NCBI GenBank assembly: GCA_002269645.1
Contig: NIVC01002656.1
Span: forward strand, 210,175-274,174
Origin: Macrostomum lignano
Taxonomy: Eukaryota
Length of the DNA: 64,000 nt
Reading direction: 5' to 3'
The position numbers and the translations under genes were made by a program. Numbering within the stretch: the stretch's first letter is position 1; each line of letters begins with the position of its first letter. Below the pieces are notes generated by a model. It was not told the origin of the DNA and did not search any database. It saw only the letters and a program-made list of their open reading frames with translations. Below are positions 11,715 to 26,349 of the stretch, piece by piece.

Positions 11715-14161
11715 TACTTTTCTATTTTTGTTATTGTGGATGGATACATTAAAAAATTATACACGCTTGACTTTATTCGAAATGCCGTGTACCACTAGCT
11801 ATATGTATTTTTCATATATTACTATGATAGTACGATTATAGCTCGCATAGTACAATGCATTCGATTTCGCGTTTTTGGCGCAATTTGGTTGCACACATTA
11901 AGACCATTTGCTGACTTAGTGTGCATTTACGAGTACGTCTACTTCGAAGTATTCAAATATAATGAAGGACTAAACTTAACTGATGGTATTTTATTTGTGC
12001 TCCCTATTAAATCTTACTTCGCTTTCTTGGTTTTCAAATCCTTAACCTCTTGAATGTGATGACCATACAGAAAAAGAGTAGCTAACAATCTTGAAAATTC
12101 AGGCAATAAACATATTTACTGATTAACTGGAAGTATCACGCTGGTTTGGTTCTGTAAAGTCTGAAGAATGCGGTTTAAGAGGAGCGAAAAAACGATCCCC
12201 AAAATGGCCTAGTCGGCGATTCATATAATTATAGGTGTTCTAAAAGTGAAAGATTTGTGACGTTCATGTCCATGAATTATTGACCGCGTATAAGGTGTAC
12301 ACTGATACTAAAATATAACTGACTTAGAGCAAATCAATAACATTATTTATTTGTCAGTGTTTACGGCAACTACATATTCCACTTCGTTAGCTGACATACT
12401 GCTGCATCATGTAGTTTCATGTTATACATGTGCAGTAGTCTAATATAAACACTTCAATGCGATACTAACTTATTTAGAAGCACACATAGTAGCCATTCTT
12501 TAAACTATGTTAACTTAAAAAAAGCTTGCAGCATCAGCATGGCGTGTCAAATAAAATTAAATATAACTTGATCTGGACAGTTTCAAACCTAATTAAATTA
12601 TTCGATGCTGCACATGCAGCTAAAAAGTACTATTTTAGAAACAACTAAGTATTTCAAAGTTTTTGATAAAATATTTGTAAAGATACTTTTGAACTTTGTT
12701 GCTTTTCATTCTTGTACTTTAGTTTTACTGTCTTATCTTTGCCGTAAATTTGAATGCATTCTGCATGGACTCGAGCGGACCAATCGGACGCACTAATATG
12801 TCACGATATGCACTTCTACTACTGCTAGCTAGGCCTAGTACAGTTTCGTAGTCTCCTCAAGCGCAGTCATGATTCCAATTACTTGTATTCTTGTTATAGT
12901 CATAGAGGCAGAAGATAAAAGATTAGGGGGGGGCTACTATTTCATTTTTTGTCATTACTACATGAGGTAGGCTATCCTGCAGAATCGTTCGTTAAACTCA
13001 ATGTTCGCACATTTCATTATGCCAGTATTTTAGAAGTGTTTTTGGATTAGAATTGCATCTGTAGGCCTAGGGGTTGTAAGTTAACTTTTATTACAATTTC
13101 TAGGTTTTTCTGGATTTTCTAGACTTCTGCCCCAACATGGATTGTGCCACCTCAAGAGGTTTGTGAATTGTGCAGCCCTTGAACTAACAAATATAGACAC
13201 TTCTAAACGCTTCTAAAATGTTGACATAATGAAAATAAATATTCATTTTTGGAAAGTTCATGTCAATAGATAAAAAAATATGCATACAATGAGTTTAATG
13301 AATGATTCGTAGGATAGCCGGGTTGTGTCACTGTTATATTATTAGTGTTCTGCCATAGCTATAGTATAAGTATAGCTATGCCTATGATATGAGGTCTTAT
13401 GACAAATATAGTAAAATAGGTGCTTATGGCAACTATGGAGATACCTATAGTAGATAGGCCTAGCTGCTCTTATGGCTACAACTACTATGAAAATATAACC
13501 TCGAGTATTTACAGACTGCAGTCATATTCTATAGATTCTTATAGCTGTAAATATAGTTATAAGTTAAAAAAATTAAAAATATCAAAAATAAAGTAAGCTT
13601 AAACAAAAATAGGCCTAGGCCTACTTGGTAAACTGTATAATAAAGATTTAAAAACTTATATGTCCTAAATTATATCTAACCTAGGCCCTAATATAATACA
13701 ATAAAACATTAGGCCTAGCAAATTCTAACCTATCTAACTTTTAATCATGTGAAAAAAGTTGTATCTATCTTTTACTAATAATTGATTTTCAGTAGTAAAT
13801 AAAAAAAATAATCTAAAAAAGTCAAAAGGCAATCAAGTAGTTGTTTAAGTTTCTACCTTAATTTGTAATTGTTTAAGTATTGGGAATCTTATTGATTGAT
13901 TAAAAGTATTTTATTTCCTAGACTTTTTGTTAGAACTATAGCTACAACTATAGGAACTACTAGCAATCAGCATCCCTTGTTAGGGAGCCAAAAAAATGCA
14001 GTATAAGTTTTTTTAATAAACTACATGTAAGTGTCTCTTTGCATTATACCTTATAAGCCTTGATATGTCAGAAAATCCTCCCACAAGCCTTAGCATATCA
14101 ACCCCCTTGACATCTTAGCAATGCCCCATAAGCCTTGAAATCTTAAGAAATCTGTCAACCT

Positions 14162-14235
14162 TCTAACCCTAACCCTAGCCTAACCCTAGCCTAACCCTAA
14201 CCCTAACCCTGAACCTAACCCTAACCCTAACCCTA
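14162..14235. repeat. Interstitial (CCCTAA)n telomere-like tract
   Basis: About 12 units, some variant (CCTAG, CCTGAA); weaker copies at ~14605-14650 and ~17869-17883. Confidence 0.8.
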
Positions 14236-15064
14236 AAGCATTGACATTTCAGTAATTCTCTCCAACAGTCATTATAGCACTACAGCATTATAGCGATTCC
14301 CTGCAAGCCTCAACATTGTAGGGATTCCCAAATGAATCTCTTAACTTCAACATGGAGCTTCTTTTATTTTTTACATTACACTTTTTCTATCAGCGATCCC
14401 TCCCATGAGGAGCCAACAAATAATGAAAAAAAGTTTTCAATAGACTACATGTAGCTTCTGACTTTAGCCTTGACATCTCATTTATACCCCCATGAGCCTT
14501 GACATCTCAGCTATTCCCCCCATAAGCCTTGACATGTCAGCAATGCCCCCCATAAACCTTGATATCTGAAAAATCCCCTGTTAACCTTGGCACCCGCTAA
14601 AATCTAACCCTCAACCCAAACCTGACCTAAACCTAACTTTAACCCAACCTATAAAAGCCTTGAAATCTCAGTAATTCTTCTCCCCTAAGCCTTGACAATT
14701 TAGTGATTCTTTCTTCAAGAATCATAGCACTATAGCAATTCCCTCCAAGCCTTGACATCGTAGCAATTCCCAAATGAATCTTTTAACTTCGACATGACTC
14801 TTCTTTTATGTATACATAGTGCTTCTTTTCTTTTTTACATGACTCTTCTATTAGCGCCCCCCCCGTGGCGAGCCAACAAAGAATATAATAAAAAATTGAG
14901 TAAAGTACATGTACTTTGAAGTAGCTTCTGACTTTTGCTTTGACATCTCAGAAACCCCCCTTCCATAATCTCAGTTATTCTCTGTGAACCTTGACATCTC
15001 AGTAATTCTCCCCAGCACAGCATAATAGCTTCATTTAATTTTTACATGATACTTCCTTCATGTC

Positions 15065-15690
15065 TGACATGACGCTTCTTTTGATTTTGACATGACGCTT
15101 CTTTTGATTTTGACATGACGCTTCTATGATTTCTCAAATGACACTTCCATTAGTTTTTATATAAGGCTTCTATGATTTTTTACATGATGCTTCTATGATT
15201 GTTTACATGATGCTTCTATGATTTTTTACATGACGCTTCTATGATTGTTTACATGATGCTTCTATGATGGTTTACATGACGCTTCTATGATTTTTTACAT
15301 GACGCTTCTATGATGGTTTACATGACGCTTCTATGATTTTTTACATGACGCTTCTATGATTTTTTACATGACGTTTCTATGACTTTTTACATGACGCTTC
15401 TATGATTTTTTACATGACGCTTCTATGATTTTTTACATGACGCTTTTATGATTTTTTACATGACGCTTCTATGATTGTTTACATGACGCTTCTATAACTT
15501 TTTACATGATGCTTCTATGATTTTTTACATGACGCTTCTATGATTTTTCATGACACTTCTATGATTTTTTTACATGACGCTTCTATGATTTTTTACATGA
15601 CACTTCTATGATTGTTTACACGACGCTTCTATGATTATTTTAAATGACGCTTCTATGATTATTTTAAATGACGCTTCTATGATTTTTTAC
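15065..15690. repeat. 23-bp minisatellite (TTTTTTACATGACGCTTCTATGA)n
   Basis: About 26 units. Confidence 0.92.
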
Positions 15691-16469
15691 ATGACTCTTC
15701 TTCTATCAGTGCCCCCCCTGTGGCGAGCCAACAAAGAATGTAATAAAAAAATTGAGTAAAGTACATGTACTTTGAAGTAGCTTCTGACTTTTGCTTTGAC
15801 ATCTCAGAAACCCCCCCCCACGTAATCTCAGTTATTCTCTGTGAGCCTTGACATCTCAGTAATTCTCCCCAGCACAGCACAATAGCTTCATTTAATTTTT
15901 ACATGATACTTCTTTCATGTCTGACATGACACTTCTTTTGATTTTTACATGACAGGTCTTTTATTCTTCTATGACACTTCTATGATTTCTCAAATGACAC
16001 TTCCATTAGTTTTTATATAAGGCTTCTATGATTTTTTACATGACGCTTCTATGATTTTTATATGACGCTTCTATGATTTTTAATGTAGATATTAATTGTG
16101 AACATTCAATGCAAACTAGAACAGTTTAAAAACAGCAGTATGAGCAGCAGTTTAAGCAATTAGGGTATATGATATAGCTATACATGAAAATTTAGCATGA
16201 AAATTGCAAGCTAGAATAGTTTAAAAATAGCAATATGAGCAGCAGTTTAAGCCTCAAACAACAGGCAACCTATACTTTAGCGGATAATAGGTGTCGCAGC
16301 TTTCATTGTTCTGCTAAAGCTGTATTTGTACTGTGAGCTCCACATTTCTGGCAGCTCAAAGTAATACCTATTGAGCTTTGCACCAGTGATTTAAATGCAG
16401 TATGCAGACGTGTGTACAAAGATGAGAAAGACAAAAGCCATTCCTTTGTATGCTCACTATTGTGTAGAT

Positions 16470-16767
16470 CATACATGTGCAACCTCCAAAATTCGGTCAG
16501 CCGTGCGACTTAGTTTTAACAAAAATGCGACGTAGTTTTTGGCCAAAAATGCGACTTACATATAAAAAAACCCAAAAGCAAAATTAACGCAACTTTGGGT
16601 AAACGGCAGGAGTAACTATGACTGTTTTATTAAGCTAAAATGCCTCGTCAGCTACTTAGTACTACTCTTCAGGTTATTTTTTGGGTGGGCATTTTTGCGA
16701 CTTCCTTGATTGGCCGCCAAATCGGTCGGCCGGATCGGCCGACTCGGCCGACTGTTGCGCATGTATG
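16470..16767. mobile_element. hAT-type MITE (298 bp)
   Basis: 14-bp TIRs CATACATGTGCAAC / GTTGCGCATGTATG (1 mismatch); perfect 8-bp TSD GTGTAGAT at 16462-16469 and 16768-16775. Confidence 0.78.
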
Positions 16768-19700
16768 GTGTAGATGTAGCTCAATTGCAGCAGCTGCTTG
16801 TGCTGTAGACTGGACTCGGGCACTGATATAGATTCCCTTCCATACTCTAAACAATTCTTGCACATTGCAAATCTGGTCAAAAACTATCTCTATCTTTTAA
16901 TTTTGAGTCTCTTATTATATATCGGTTATAACAATCCTAATACTAAAGTTGGTGCGATGATTGTTTGTTTGTTTGTTTGTTTGTCTGTTTGTTTGTGTGT
17001 TGCATAACTCCTCCTAGAATACTTGCAAGTCAGCGTTGAAACTTATATGGGTAAACTGCAAATTTTCCAGGGACTGCAGTGGGCTATTTCAATTTTTTAT
17101 TTTCACATTTTAAGATCCCTAAAAAAGCAGAAAACTGCAATCTTGACCTTTGATAATCTTATTTGTCCCCTCTTTCTGCTCGGAGCTGATAAAATGCATC
17201 AATTTTGATTGCTTGCGCCATAACTTTCTCCTATCTCGCCAGTGCATTTCTCTCCAGTTGGGGGATGGGGCGTTCTAAGTGGCTGCGTGTGTACAATTGG
17301 ACCCTAGCTCACTGGCGCACTGTATAGATGATTGCGCAATGATTTGGCTACTGTTAAGTTGTTCTGCCTTTCAATATGAAGCCTGTGTATTGTAGGACAG
17401 TTAAATTCATTGCATAACCTGCGAGTCGCTTTAACAGGCGGTGAGCGTACACTCGATATTTCAATGCTTTAAATCGGAAAGTTGTAAACGCTAACTGCTC
17501 CTCGAGTTCTAAACTTTAAGAGAAGAGACTTATATTGCCGGAAAGAGCTTGCAACACTGAGTTTGGAGGTATAAGTTGTTTGCTTTAAATATGAAAACAA
17601 AAAGGACAGCATTCAAAAACTATTTCCGAACTTTTAACTTTCTGCAAAGATTGCACTTAGTTTCGCGAGACGTAATAGATAAAGTTATGGGAAGGGTTCA
17701 ACTTTTTACTGCCACTGTGTATTGGAGGGTTGATTTAGATTGCGCAATCATTTTGTTAACTTTACCTGAGCCTGAACTGACTAAATGAGAAATCGGTTGC
17801 GCAATAAATTGATTCAATTAATTCAATATTCTTATCGGCGGCTTTCAACCCGCAGCTCTGTGCAGCTCTAACCCTAACCCTAGACCACTGATGGCACTGA
17901 ACCCTGAGAGTTGAGTTCTTTTTGACGGAGAAAATTTTGATTGAGTCCAGTTTTACGGAGAGGATTTCGATGGTTTTCAGTTTCACGGAGAGGATTTCTG
18001 TTTCACGGAGAGGAGTTTGATGGATTTGGAGATGTTTTGATGATGGGATTCGGGTCATGGGATTCAGCTAAGGGGTTTCAGGGAATGGAATTCCGGTGAT
18101 GGGAGTTCTTCCCCTTTCTCCTCCATCAGAGGAGTTGGCCTCGTACTCAAATAATTTTACTTCAGCTATACAACAAATTTGAGCATTGATTGAATTAAAA
18201 AATCATTATATAAAATAAGTACTAAAATAAATATACTATAAAATATTTTATAATATTATATTTATAATATTTTATAATAAACCTTTGTATTGTATAGTTT
18301 TTTATACTTTAAAAAAAACTAAGATGTATTCTAAATTTATTTTTAATGAGCATTCTGACAATTAAATACTATACAGTGTACCATACAAAAATATTACTTA
18401 AATAAGTAATGTAAATAGTAGTAATGTAACCACTCAAATCCACAAAGTCTTGTTATGAACTTGTGAATATATGTAATATATGACAGTGTGACCAACATAT
18501 ACAATGGTACAACATGTATAACAAAGGGCCCTTGTAGAAATGAATGATGTATAATGTATACAATAGCCAGCCTTAATATACCATAGAAATTTCCATTATA
18601 TGTCTATCCTTCCTTCTATCCTTCTATCCTTCTTTCTCTATATCTATCCTTCTGCACTATGTTAGCTATAGCATATGGGCCCTATTTATAGTAGAACAAT
18701 ATATATATAGCTATAGGTTTAACTGCAATCAATCAAGTGTAGACTGCAATATAGCAGAACCTAGAAAAACTATTGAAAGAGGCATCTAGGCATGCAAGAT
18801 GCTTAGACCAATGTCAATGAACTGACAACTACCACAAGGACAAACTTAGGGTCCTTTTTTGGATAAAGAAGCCCCGATGCTAATCTAAATGCTAGGCAAA
18901 TAAAATATAATTAATCATATTAAAATATTCAGTAGGCCCTAAGTTATACTATAGGCATTGGAACATTTTAAAAATTGAGAAAGGCAACTGGCAAGACCAT
19001 TGATGCTCCTCTTGCCTCTCTGTTCTGATATCTATGATCATGATATCCTATTCATTTGTTATAATCAATTAATTACTAATCAAATAGATCTTGGATCTTA
19101 GATCTAACTAAATCTAATCTATATTTTAGTCTTTGTCTCTATGAGATATAAGAGTAGCAAATAGCTATTTAAATAGCTAAAAAATTATAATTTTAGCCTC
19201 CTATTTAGAAAATATATATTAAAAGTTCCTAAAAAAGGAGGGGTGATAAGTACTATTGATGCTCCCTTCCCACTTTCAAAGACATCCCCTTTCTCATTAG
19301 ACAACACCAATAAGCCAGATGGCACTTCCATTGCAAGGGGCCAATCTGTGCCAGATGCTGTCTACAATAATGGCCCTTGGCTATAAAAGGCCATAGCTAA
19401 GCCTATAGCAAATTCCCACTCCTGAATCCTGAATCATTCATTTTTTCCAGTGTATAGTAGACCTAAAAATATGTTGGCAATATAGTATCTAGCATACCCA
19501 ATAGCTATTTCATCATAAATTTATGCACCACTGTGCTGGCATATGGCATAGCAATAGTGGCATAATATAAATTACTTTTTAAAGCAATTTTTGTTAAAAG
19601 TACTAAAACAAAATACAAAAAAACACGAAAACAATCACTATTCTTTCATTTAAAGATTCCTCTGTTTAAAAATAGCTTTAAAATTGATACCTAAAATGTG

Positions 19701-20480
19701 AGTTAAATTTGGCATAGCATTGCAATTTTGTGCAACATTTTTTCTGGCATAAACTTTAATATATAGCATAAAAGGTCATTTTTCTAGCATACGATATAAT
19801 AGATTTGAGAGTGTGATAGCAAGTCTATTTGTATTAGATTTATTATTAGTCTTTTTATTCAAGCAAATGAGATTTATAAAATGAATTAAAAATATTTTTA
19901 AAAATAACTTTGAAAGTCTCACTGGAATCTTTTATTATATTTAGCTCTGTAATTATACTTAAGTAGATTTAATAATATAGTTAGGTAAATGCTTTTGTAT
20001 TAGGTCAATAAATGTTTTAGTTTGCCAATTTTAGATCTAGCCTTAGTTGGCACTTAGTGTTTTAAATGTACTATAAAATTGTACAAACATTCATTTTAAA
20101 ATACAAAAAGTGAATAATGCATTTATTTTAATTAAATATAATGCACATTTGAATTGTGTCCTAGATTAATTTCTAACAAAAACCTATCTAAGTAACAAAG
20201 ACCAGATCCCAAGCAGGCCTCCCACATCCCAATGACAATCCTAAAGTATAGCATGATTTGAAACATCATTGCCTTGTAGACATCTTTTAGATAAAAAGCA
20301 AACTCCACTCCATTAGTAGCCATGGGCATAGATCAAAGAGGTTCCTTTTTGACGACTAAAGTTTTTATTATGACAAAAGTATATAAATCTTTATTAAGTT
20401 GATGCATGAGTAAAATGAAACAGTAATCACTCAACAAGCCTTGGTTTTCATCCTTATTGTTAAAATTAAATTGTTTCCAG

Positions 20481-23400
20481 TCGCAGCCACTACTAGCTGC
20501 AGACGAGTCTGGTTCGGCTTTTGCCGACGAAGCCAAATTACTTAATGATGACGCTCTGGAGCGGCTGGCCAGGCGTCGGTCGCAGGCGGCTCCATCGGAT
20601 CCTCTGCAGAGAATGACGGCTAGGTGAGCGTATTTGGCTGTGAGGCTGTACAATGGCCCTGCTGATAGATTTTACAGGCTGTACAATGGCCCTGCTGATA
20701 TCTAGATTGTACAGGCTGTACAATGGCCCTGCTGATATCTAGATTGTGCAGGCTGTACAATGGCCCTGCTGATATCTAGATTGTACAGGCTGTACAATGG
20801 CCCTGCTGATATCTAGATTGTACAGGCTGTACAATGGCCCTGCTGATATCTAGATTGTGCAGGCTGTACAATGGCCCTGCTGATAGATTGTGCAGGCTGT
20901 ACAATGGCCCTGCTGATATCTACAGTGTAGATTGTGCAGGCTGTACAATGGCCCTGCTGATATCTAGATTGTGCAGGCTGTACAATGGCCCTGCTGATAG
21001 ATTGTGCAGGCTGTACAATGGCCCTGCTGATATCTAGATTGTGCAGGCTGTACAATGGCCCTGCTGATATCTAGATTGTGCAGGCTGTACAATGGCCCTG
21101 CTGATAGATTGTGCAGGCTGTACAATGGCCCTGCTGATATCTAGATTGTGCAGGCTGTACAATGGCCCTGCTGATATCTAGATTGTACAGGCTGTACAAT
21201 GGCCCTTCTGATATCTAGATTGTACAGGCTGTACGGGGTCATGCTCATCTTGTATTGTGTCCTGTACATGACTGCTGCTGTTCACTGTGTTAGTCTGTAG
21301 TAAATATGTACATGGCAGCATGTTAGAGAATATCTTGTCTGCGCCTGTTTTATCCAATTCACCTTGCTCGAGATTAGAAGTACATTGTGTATAGTTCATA
21401 ATTCTAATAGCTTTAATTGAGTCACTAACAGTTCGCTAACGCTGCTCTAACAATGCCGAACCTCAGGGAGCTCAGCGACCACTACGAGAATTGCATCAAA
21501 CTATCGGTCGAAGGGAAGATCTCTTCCAAGAATGCCTTCGCATTGCACCTGATCGACTACCTGCAGGGCACGGTGAAGGGCATCGACAATTTCCAGCTGG
21601 CCAGCAGTTCGCTGGACGCCGGCGCCAAAATCTACGCCGGCCGAGTGGACGCCGTCCACCGCGAAGCTTACAAAGTCATGGGCGGACTTGGCCGAAACGA
21701 TGCCAACCCGGCTGCTGCGGACTCGGACGGTGATGAGGAGGCCGGAGGAGGTAGGTGGAAGTGCGAGTAGCTCAGTGCTACCTGAGCCAGTTCATGTACA
21801 TTCCTCTTATATCTGCACCCATTCCAAATGCACATTCCCCATCCGCTATGTACATTCCCTCATATCTGCACCCATTCCAAATGCACACTCCCCATCTGCT
21901 ATGTACATTCCCTCATATCTGCACCCATTCCAAATGCACATTCCCCATCCGCTATGTACATTCCCTCATATCTGCACCCATTCCAAATACACACTCCCCA
22001 TCTGCTATGTACATTCCCTCATATCTGCACCCATTCCAAGTGTACATTCCCGATCTACAATGCACATTCCATCACGACTGTCACCCATGCGCAATGGACA
22101 TATCATAGCCACCAGTCAAGCGCGTTCTTTCTTACAGAATCAATCTATCTACCATTTTAAATCGCTCTCCAGCCGCCGCAGCCGAAGTCGCAGGTGACGA
22201 CGAGGCCATGCTGGCAGCCCGCGCCGCCGCCGCGGCCAAACGGCGCCAGCGCAAGCGCAAGGCCGTAATCGCTACTAGCCTGACGCGCATCCGCCTGAAG
22301 CCGGCCTCCCTACGCTTTGATGTTGACCCGCTGTTCCACCAGCAGGCGGCCGCCTACGATAACGGCGGCACCGGGGAGATGCGTCTTAACAACGTGTGCG
22401 TCATTGACAATGACTGCGAGATCCTGCTGGACTCCGATGCTACGCTCAATCTGGGCCGCCAGTCCGTGCTAGCCATCGCCAACGTGGCCTGGTCGGATCC
22501 GCCTTGCGACCTGCCCACGCCTGGAGTGGGAGCCCTGGCAACCGTTGCTAGGTCGGCTGCGCATACTATCTGCGGTCACTATGCGAACTTTGTGTTTGCC
22601 AATCCGACAGCTCGCGTTAATGGTGCCGAAAATGACGAGTCGTTGATTGCGACTGTGGCTCCGGTGGCCTCCCAGGCCCAGGATTTGTCTGCTGCCGATC
22701 CTCCCGATGTCGATATGGTCGATGACGACGACGACATTGTCGATGACGATGCACGCGACGACCACGCTGGCGTTGATGCGACGCTGGCGTCCGCGGTTGC
22801 TGATGATAACGCCGGTGGCGATGTCACAATTGTGCCAGGTGGAGCCACCAGCGCCACTGTGTGAGTGCCATTTTGTGAGTGACGTTATGTCACTCCTGTG
22901 CTAGCGTCCGCTGTGCGTCACTAGTGTGCGTCACTCTAATGTTAGTGTGCGTCACTCTAGTGCCACTGTGCGTCACTCTAGTGCCACTGTGCGTCACTCT
23001 AGTGCCACTGTGCGTCACTCTAGTGCCACTGTGCGTCACTCTAGTGCCACTGTGCGTCACTCTAGTGCCACTGTGCGTCACTCTAGTGCCACTGTGCGTC
23101 ACTCTAGTGCCACTGTGCGTCACTCTAGTGCCACTGTGCGTCACTCTAGTGCCACTGCGTCACTCTAGTGCCACTGTTCGTCACTCTAGTGCCACTGCGT
23201 CACTCTAGTGCCACTGCGTCACTCTAGTGCCACTGCGTCACTCTAGTGCCACTGTGCGTCACTCTAGTGCCACTGCGTCACTTTAGTGCCACTGCATCAC
23301 TCTAGTGCCACTGTGCGTCACTCTAGTGCCACTGCGTCACTCTAGTGCCACTGCGTCACTCTAGTGCCACTGCATCACTCTAGTGCCACTGTGCGTCACT

Positions 23401-26349
23401 CTAGTGCCAGTGTGCGTCACTCTAGCTACATGTAAACAGATTAACTCATTTTATTACCAAAGCCAGCTCTTTCTCTCACTTAACTCTTACCAGCTGCTCC
23501 GTAAGCTTCATCGATGGCCTTCGCGATTTACTATGGGGCGACGAGTCCGATTGGGAGCTGGGCGGGCAGCGGCAGGCCAGCTTCCGGCTTGGCGCTTGGA
23601 CCGGGCCCGCTCAGTGGCGGCGCAAATGCCGCCTGACATCTATCGGCGGCGTGTTCGGACCGGCCAGGCTGCCAGCAGCCGCCGCAGCCGAACAGTCGCA
23701 TGACAATCCGGCTGACCAGGGCGAGTCCGCTGCCGGCCCGCCGTCTGCAAAGCGGCCTCGTCGATCAACAACGGCTGCCGCGGCCGCCTTGAAGGCCCAA
23801 ACCAACCGACTGTTAAGCGCCGAACGGATCGACTGGCTCGCCAAGCTGGCTAAGCCGCAGCGGACCGACAATAAAATGAGCGACTGCGTTGTGAACGCCA
23901 ATATGAATCGGGTCCTGGATTTGCCGCCACCAGCTGCGCCTCGGGCCTCGACTATTGGCCCGGATAATTCTGTTGCTTTTTTTAAGGGCGGCTTATTGAG
24001 CCTTACTATTGATAGTCGGCACGTGGTTCGGTTTAGCGCCGCTGGTGAGTTTTAGTCATTCTTGATTGGTGGAGAGATTCGCGAGCTCTGATTGGCTGCG
24101 GGTCGCTTTACAATGTCGAAATTTTACATCATTGGAATCAAATTCATGGGACAATGGGATCTCTAATTAGGGAATCATACCTGACTAACAGGCTCTAATT
24201 AGCAATTAGTACCTGACTAGCGGGGTCTCTAATTGGGGATTAGTACCTGACTAGCGGGGTCACTAATTAGGTATTAATACCTGACTAGCGGGGTCTCTAA
24301 TTACGTATTACTACCTGACTAGTAGGATCTCTAATTAGGGATTAATACCTGACTAGTAGGATCTCTAATTAGGGATTAATACCTGACTAGTAGGATCTCT
24401 AATTAGGGATTAATACCTGACTAGTAGGATCTCTAATTATGGACAGTGGGACCTCCATAATTAGGGATTTATACCTGAGTAATAGGATCTCTAATTAGGG
24501 ATTAATACCTGACTAGCGGGGTCTCTAACTAGGGATTACTACCTGTCTAGTAAGGATCTCTAATTATGGACAGTGGGACCTCCATAATTAGGGATTTATA
24601 CCGGAGTAATGGTATCTCTAATTAGATTTTATTAACTGAATAGTTTTTGACAGTGTGAAAATTTTGACGTTTTGAAATTTCGACAATGGGAAATTGAGTC
24701 GTTGGTTGTGTAGCAAGAGAGTGAAGGTTGAGGGGGGCTGTACACCGAGGCTCATTTAAGCTCCACATTGAATAAACGATGAACTCTCAGATGTCGGCAA
24801 GCAGACGGACACTGGCAGCGACGAAGAAGATTGTAGCGACGACTCTAACAACAATCGGCGCCCTGCTCTGCACGACTTTGCCGGCGTTAACGAAGACGAG
24901 GACGATCATCATGGCGGCTATGAAGAATTCGACGAAGGCTACGAGGGCGCGACGAGGTCTTTTGCTAATTTTCGAACTGCTCTCGACGCTGAAGGCGTTG
25001 GAGATAATCAGGACTACGATATGCTGAACTGCTCTGATCAGCAGCGGCTTTGGCAGCAGCAGAAGAGCGGTTTCCTAGATAATATGTCGCAGGCGCCTGG
25101 CTATCAGGTGCGTCAGGTCATGATCGACTACGCCAAGACTGCTAAGCGGATTAACGTTAAACGGCTTAAGACTAGCATGTGGCGACTGTTGGCTCAGGTA
25201 CAAAATATTTGTTCGAGGCACATTGATTCTGATGCAGTCCTTGAAATTTTCCACAACATTGTTCCATTGTTGCTGAGCAGTGCACCATGATTTCAATCCT
25301 GTACACAATGATCTCAAATCCTGTACACTATGATCTCCAATCCTGTACACTATGATCTCCAATCCTGTACACTATGATCTCAAATCCTGTACACTATGAT
25401 CTCAAATCCTGTACACTATGATCCCAAATCCTGTACACTATGATCTCAAATCCTGTACATTATGATCTCAAATCCTGTACATTATGATCTCAAATCCTGT
25501 ACACTTATGATCTCAAATCCTGTAGACTATGATCTCAAATCCTGTACATTATGATGTCAAATCCTGTACATCATAATCACAATCCTGTACAGCATTATCT
25601 CAATCTTGTACACCATGACCTCAATCCTGTCCAATCAGCATGACCCAATTCCTATGGCGCTATCTTCTACAACACACCTTTAAAATCAGTATACTGCTGC
25701 CCAATACTGAGTGCAACCGCCTGTCATTTCCAACTGTTTGCGCTCTCTCACTAAATCCAGCCGGACGGCATAGGAATTGAGAATCAGCAGCAGCCCGCCA
25801 GCAGCAGTCAGGAAAGCGCCGCTGCCGCGGACGCCGAGGATCAATGGATGCCCGACTCGCCGGCTTCGTTTGCCAGCATGCTGGAGCTGCTGCCTCGTCA
25901 ACTTGGCAGCGCTGCCGCTGTGGAGGATCTGTCCGTGTCTATAGTGTTCACCTGTCTGCTGTACCTGGCAAATGAGAAGGTGAGGACCAGAGAAATCCAT
26001 CTTTCTTTCATAGCTTATCGAAAATTTTGATGGTAAAATGCGATGATAGGCTACTATCAGTAGCGTACAGAGGCCTGATTTTTCTTATCTCCCCGTGATC
26101 ACCTTGCAGAAACTGGATCTATCTTCATCGGCTAGTCTAGCTGATATCATCGTGAGTCCAAAAGCTCCCGACGATCCGGAACTGCTGGCTGCGCAGGGGC
26201 TGAAACTGCTGACAGCCAAGAAAAGCAAGACAAAGATGAAGAAACTAAAGAAGCCCGCTCGCAGTGGTCAGGGTGAAAAGCGCCAATACACCCTGAACGA
26301 AATCTGGGGATCCAGCGATGAAGATGATGAGGCAGATGAAGTTGTCTGA
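20481..26349 (+). CDS. NCAPH: Condensin I kleisin subunit (Barren/CAP-H), 5'-incomplete, >=843 aa. Exons 20481-20623, 21467-21750, 22173-22860, 23494-24044, 24791-25197, 25761-25979, 26110-26349
   Basis: NDDALERLARRR; HYENCIKLSVEGKISSKNAFALHLID...LDAGAKIYAGRVDAVH; FDVDPLF; WTGPAQW; IDYAKTAKRINVKRLKTSMW; FTCLLYLANEK. All six introns are GT-AG with matching phases; total 2532 nt in frame. Confidence 0.93.
20645..21235. repeat. 37-bp (33-bp variant) intronic array (CAGGCTGTACAATGGCCCTGCTGATATCTAGATTGTG)n
   Basis: NCAPH intron, about 16 units. Confidence 0.93.
21795..22070. repeat. 53-bp intronic array
   Basis: About 5 units of ATGTACATTCCCTCATATCTGCACCCATTCCAAATGCAC... Confidence 0.9.
22925..23425. 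repeat. 21/19-bp intronic array (GTGCGTCACTCTAGTGCCACT)n
   Basis: About 24 units. Confidence 0.95.
24160..24630. repeat. 34-bp intronic array (TACCTGACTAGTAGGATCTCTAATTAGGGATTAA)n
   Basis: About 13 units, with variants. Confidence 0.88.
25290..25630. repeat. 22-bp intronic array (AAATCCTGTACACTATGATCTC)n
   Basis: About 15 units. Confidence 0.9.

Larger units (their letters stand above)
13975..16080. repeat. Degenerate macro-repeat: four related units starting near 13985, 14410, 14868 and 15726
   Basis: Each unit has GAGCCAA(C)AAA...TACATGTA...TTGA(C/T)AT; 14830-15160 is nearly duplicated at 15685-16060. Confidence 0.7.

Noticed and set aside
14162-14235. Chromosome end or telomere
   Set aside because: The tract is short, degenerate, internal and embedded in a repeated unit
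16925-17200. (GTTT)n-containing segment reminiscent of Helitron/DINE-like elements
   Set aside because: No 3' hairpin or CTRR end identified; may be a plain microsatellite
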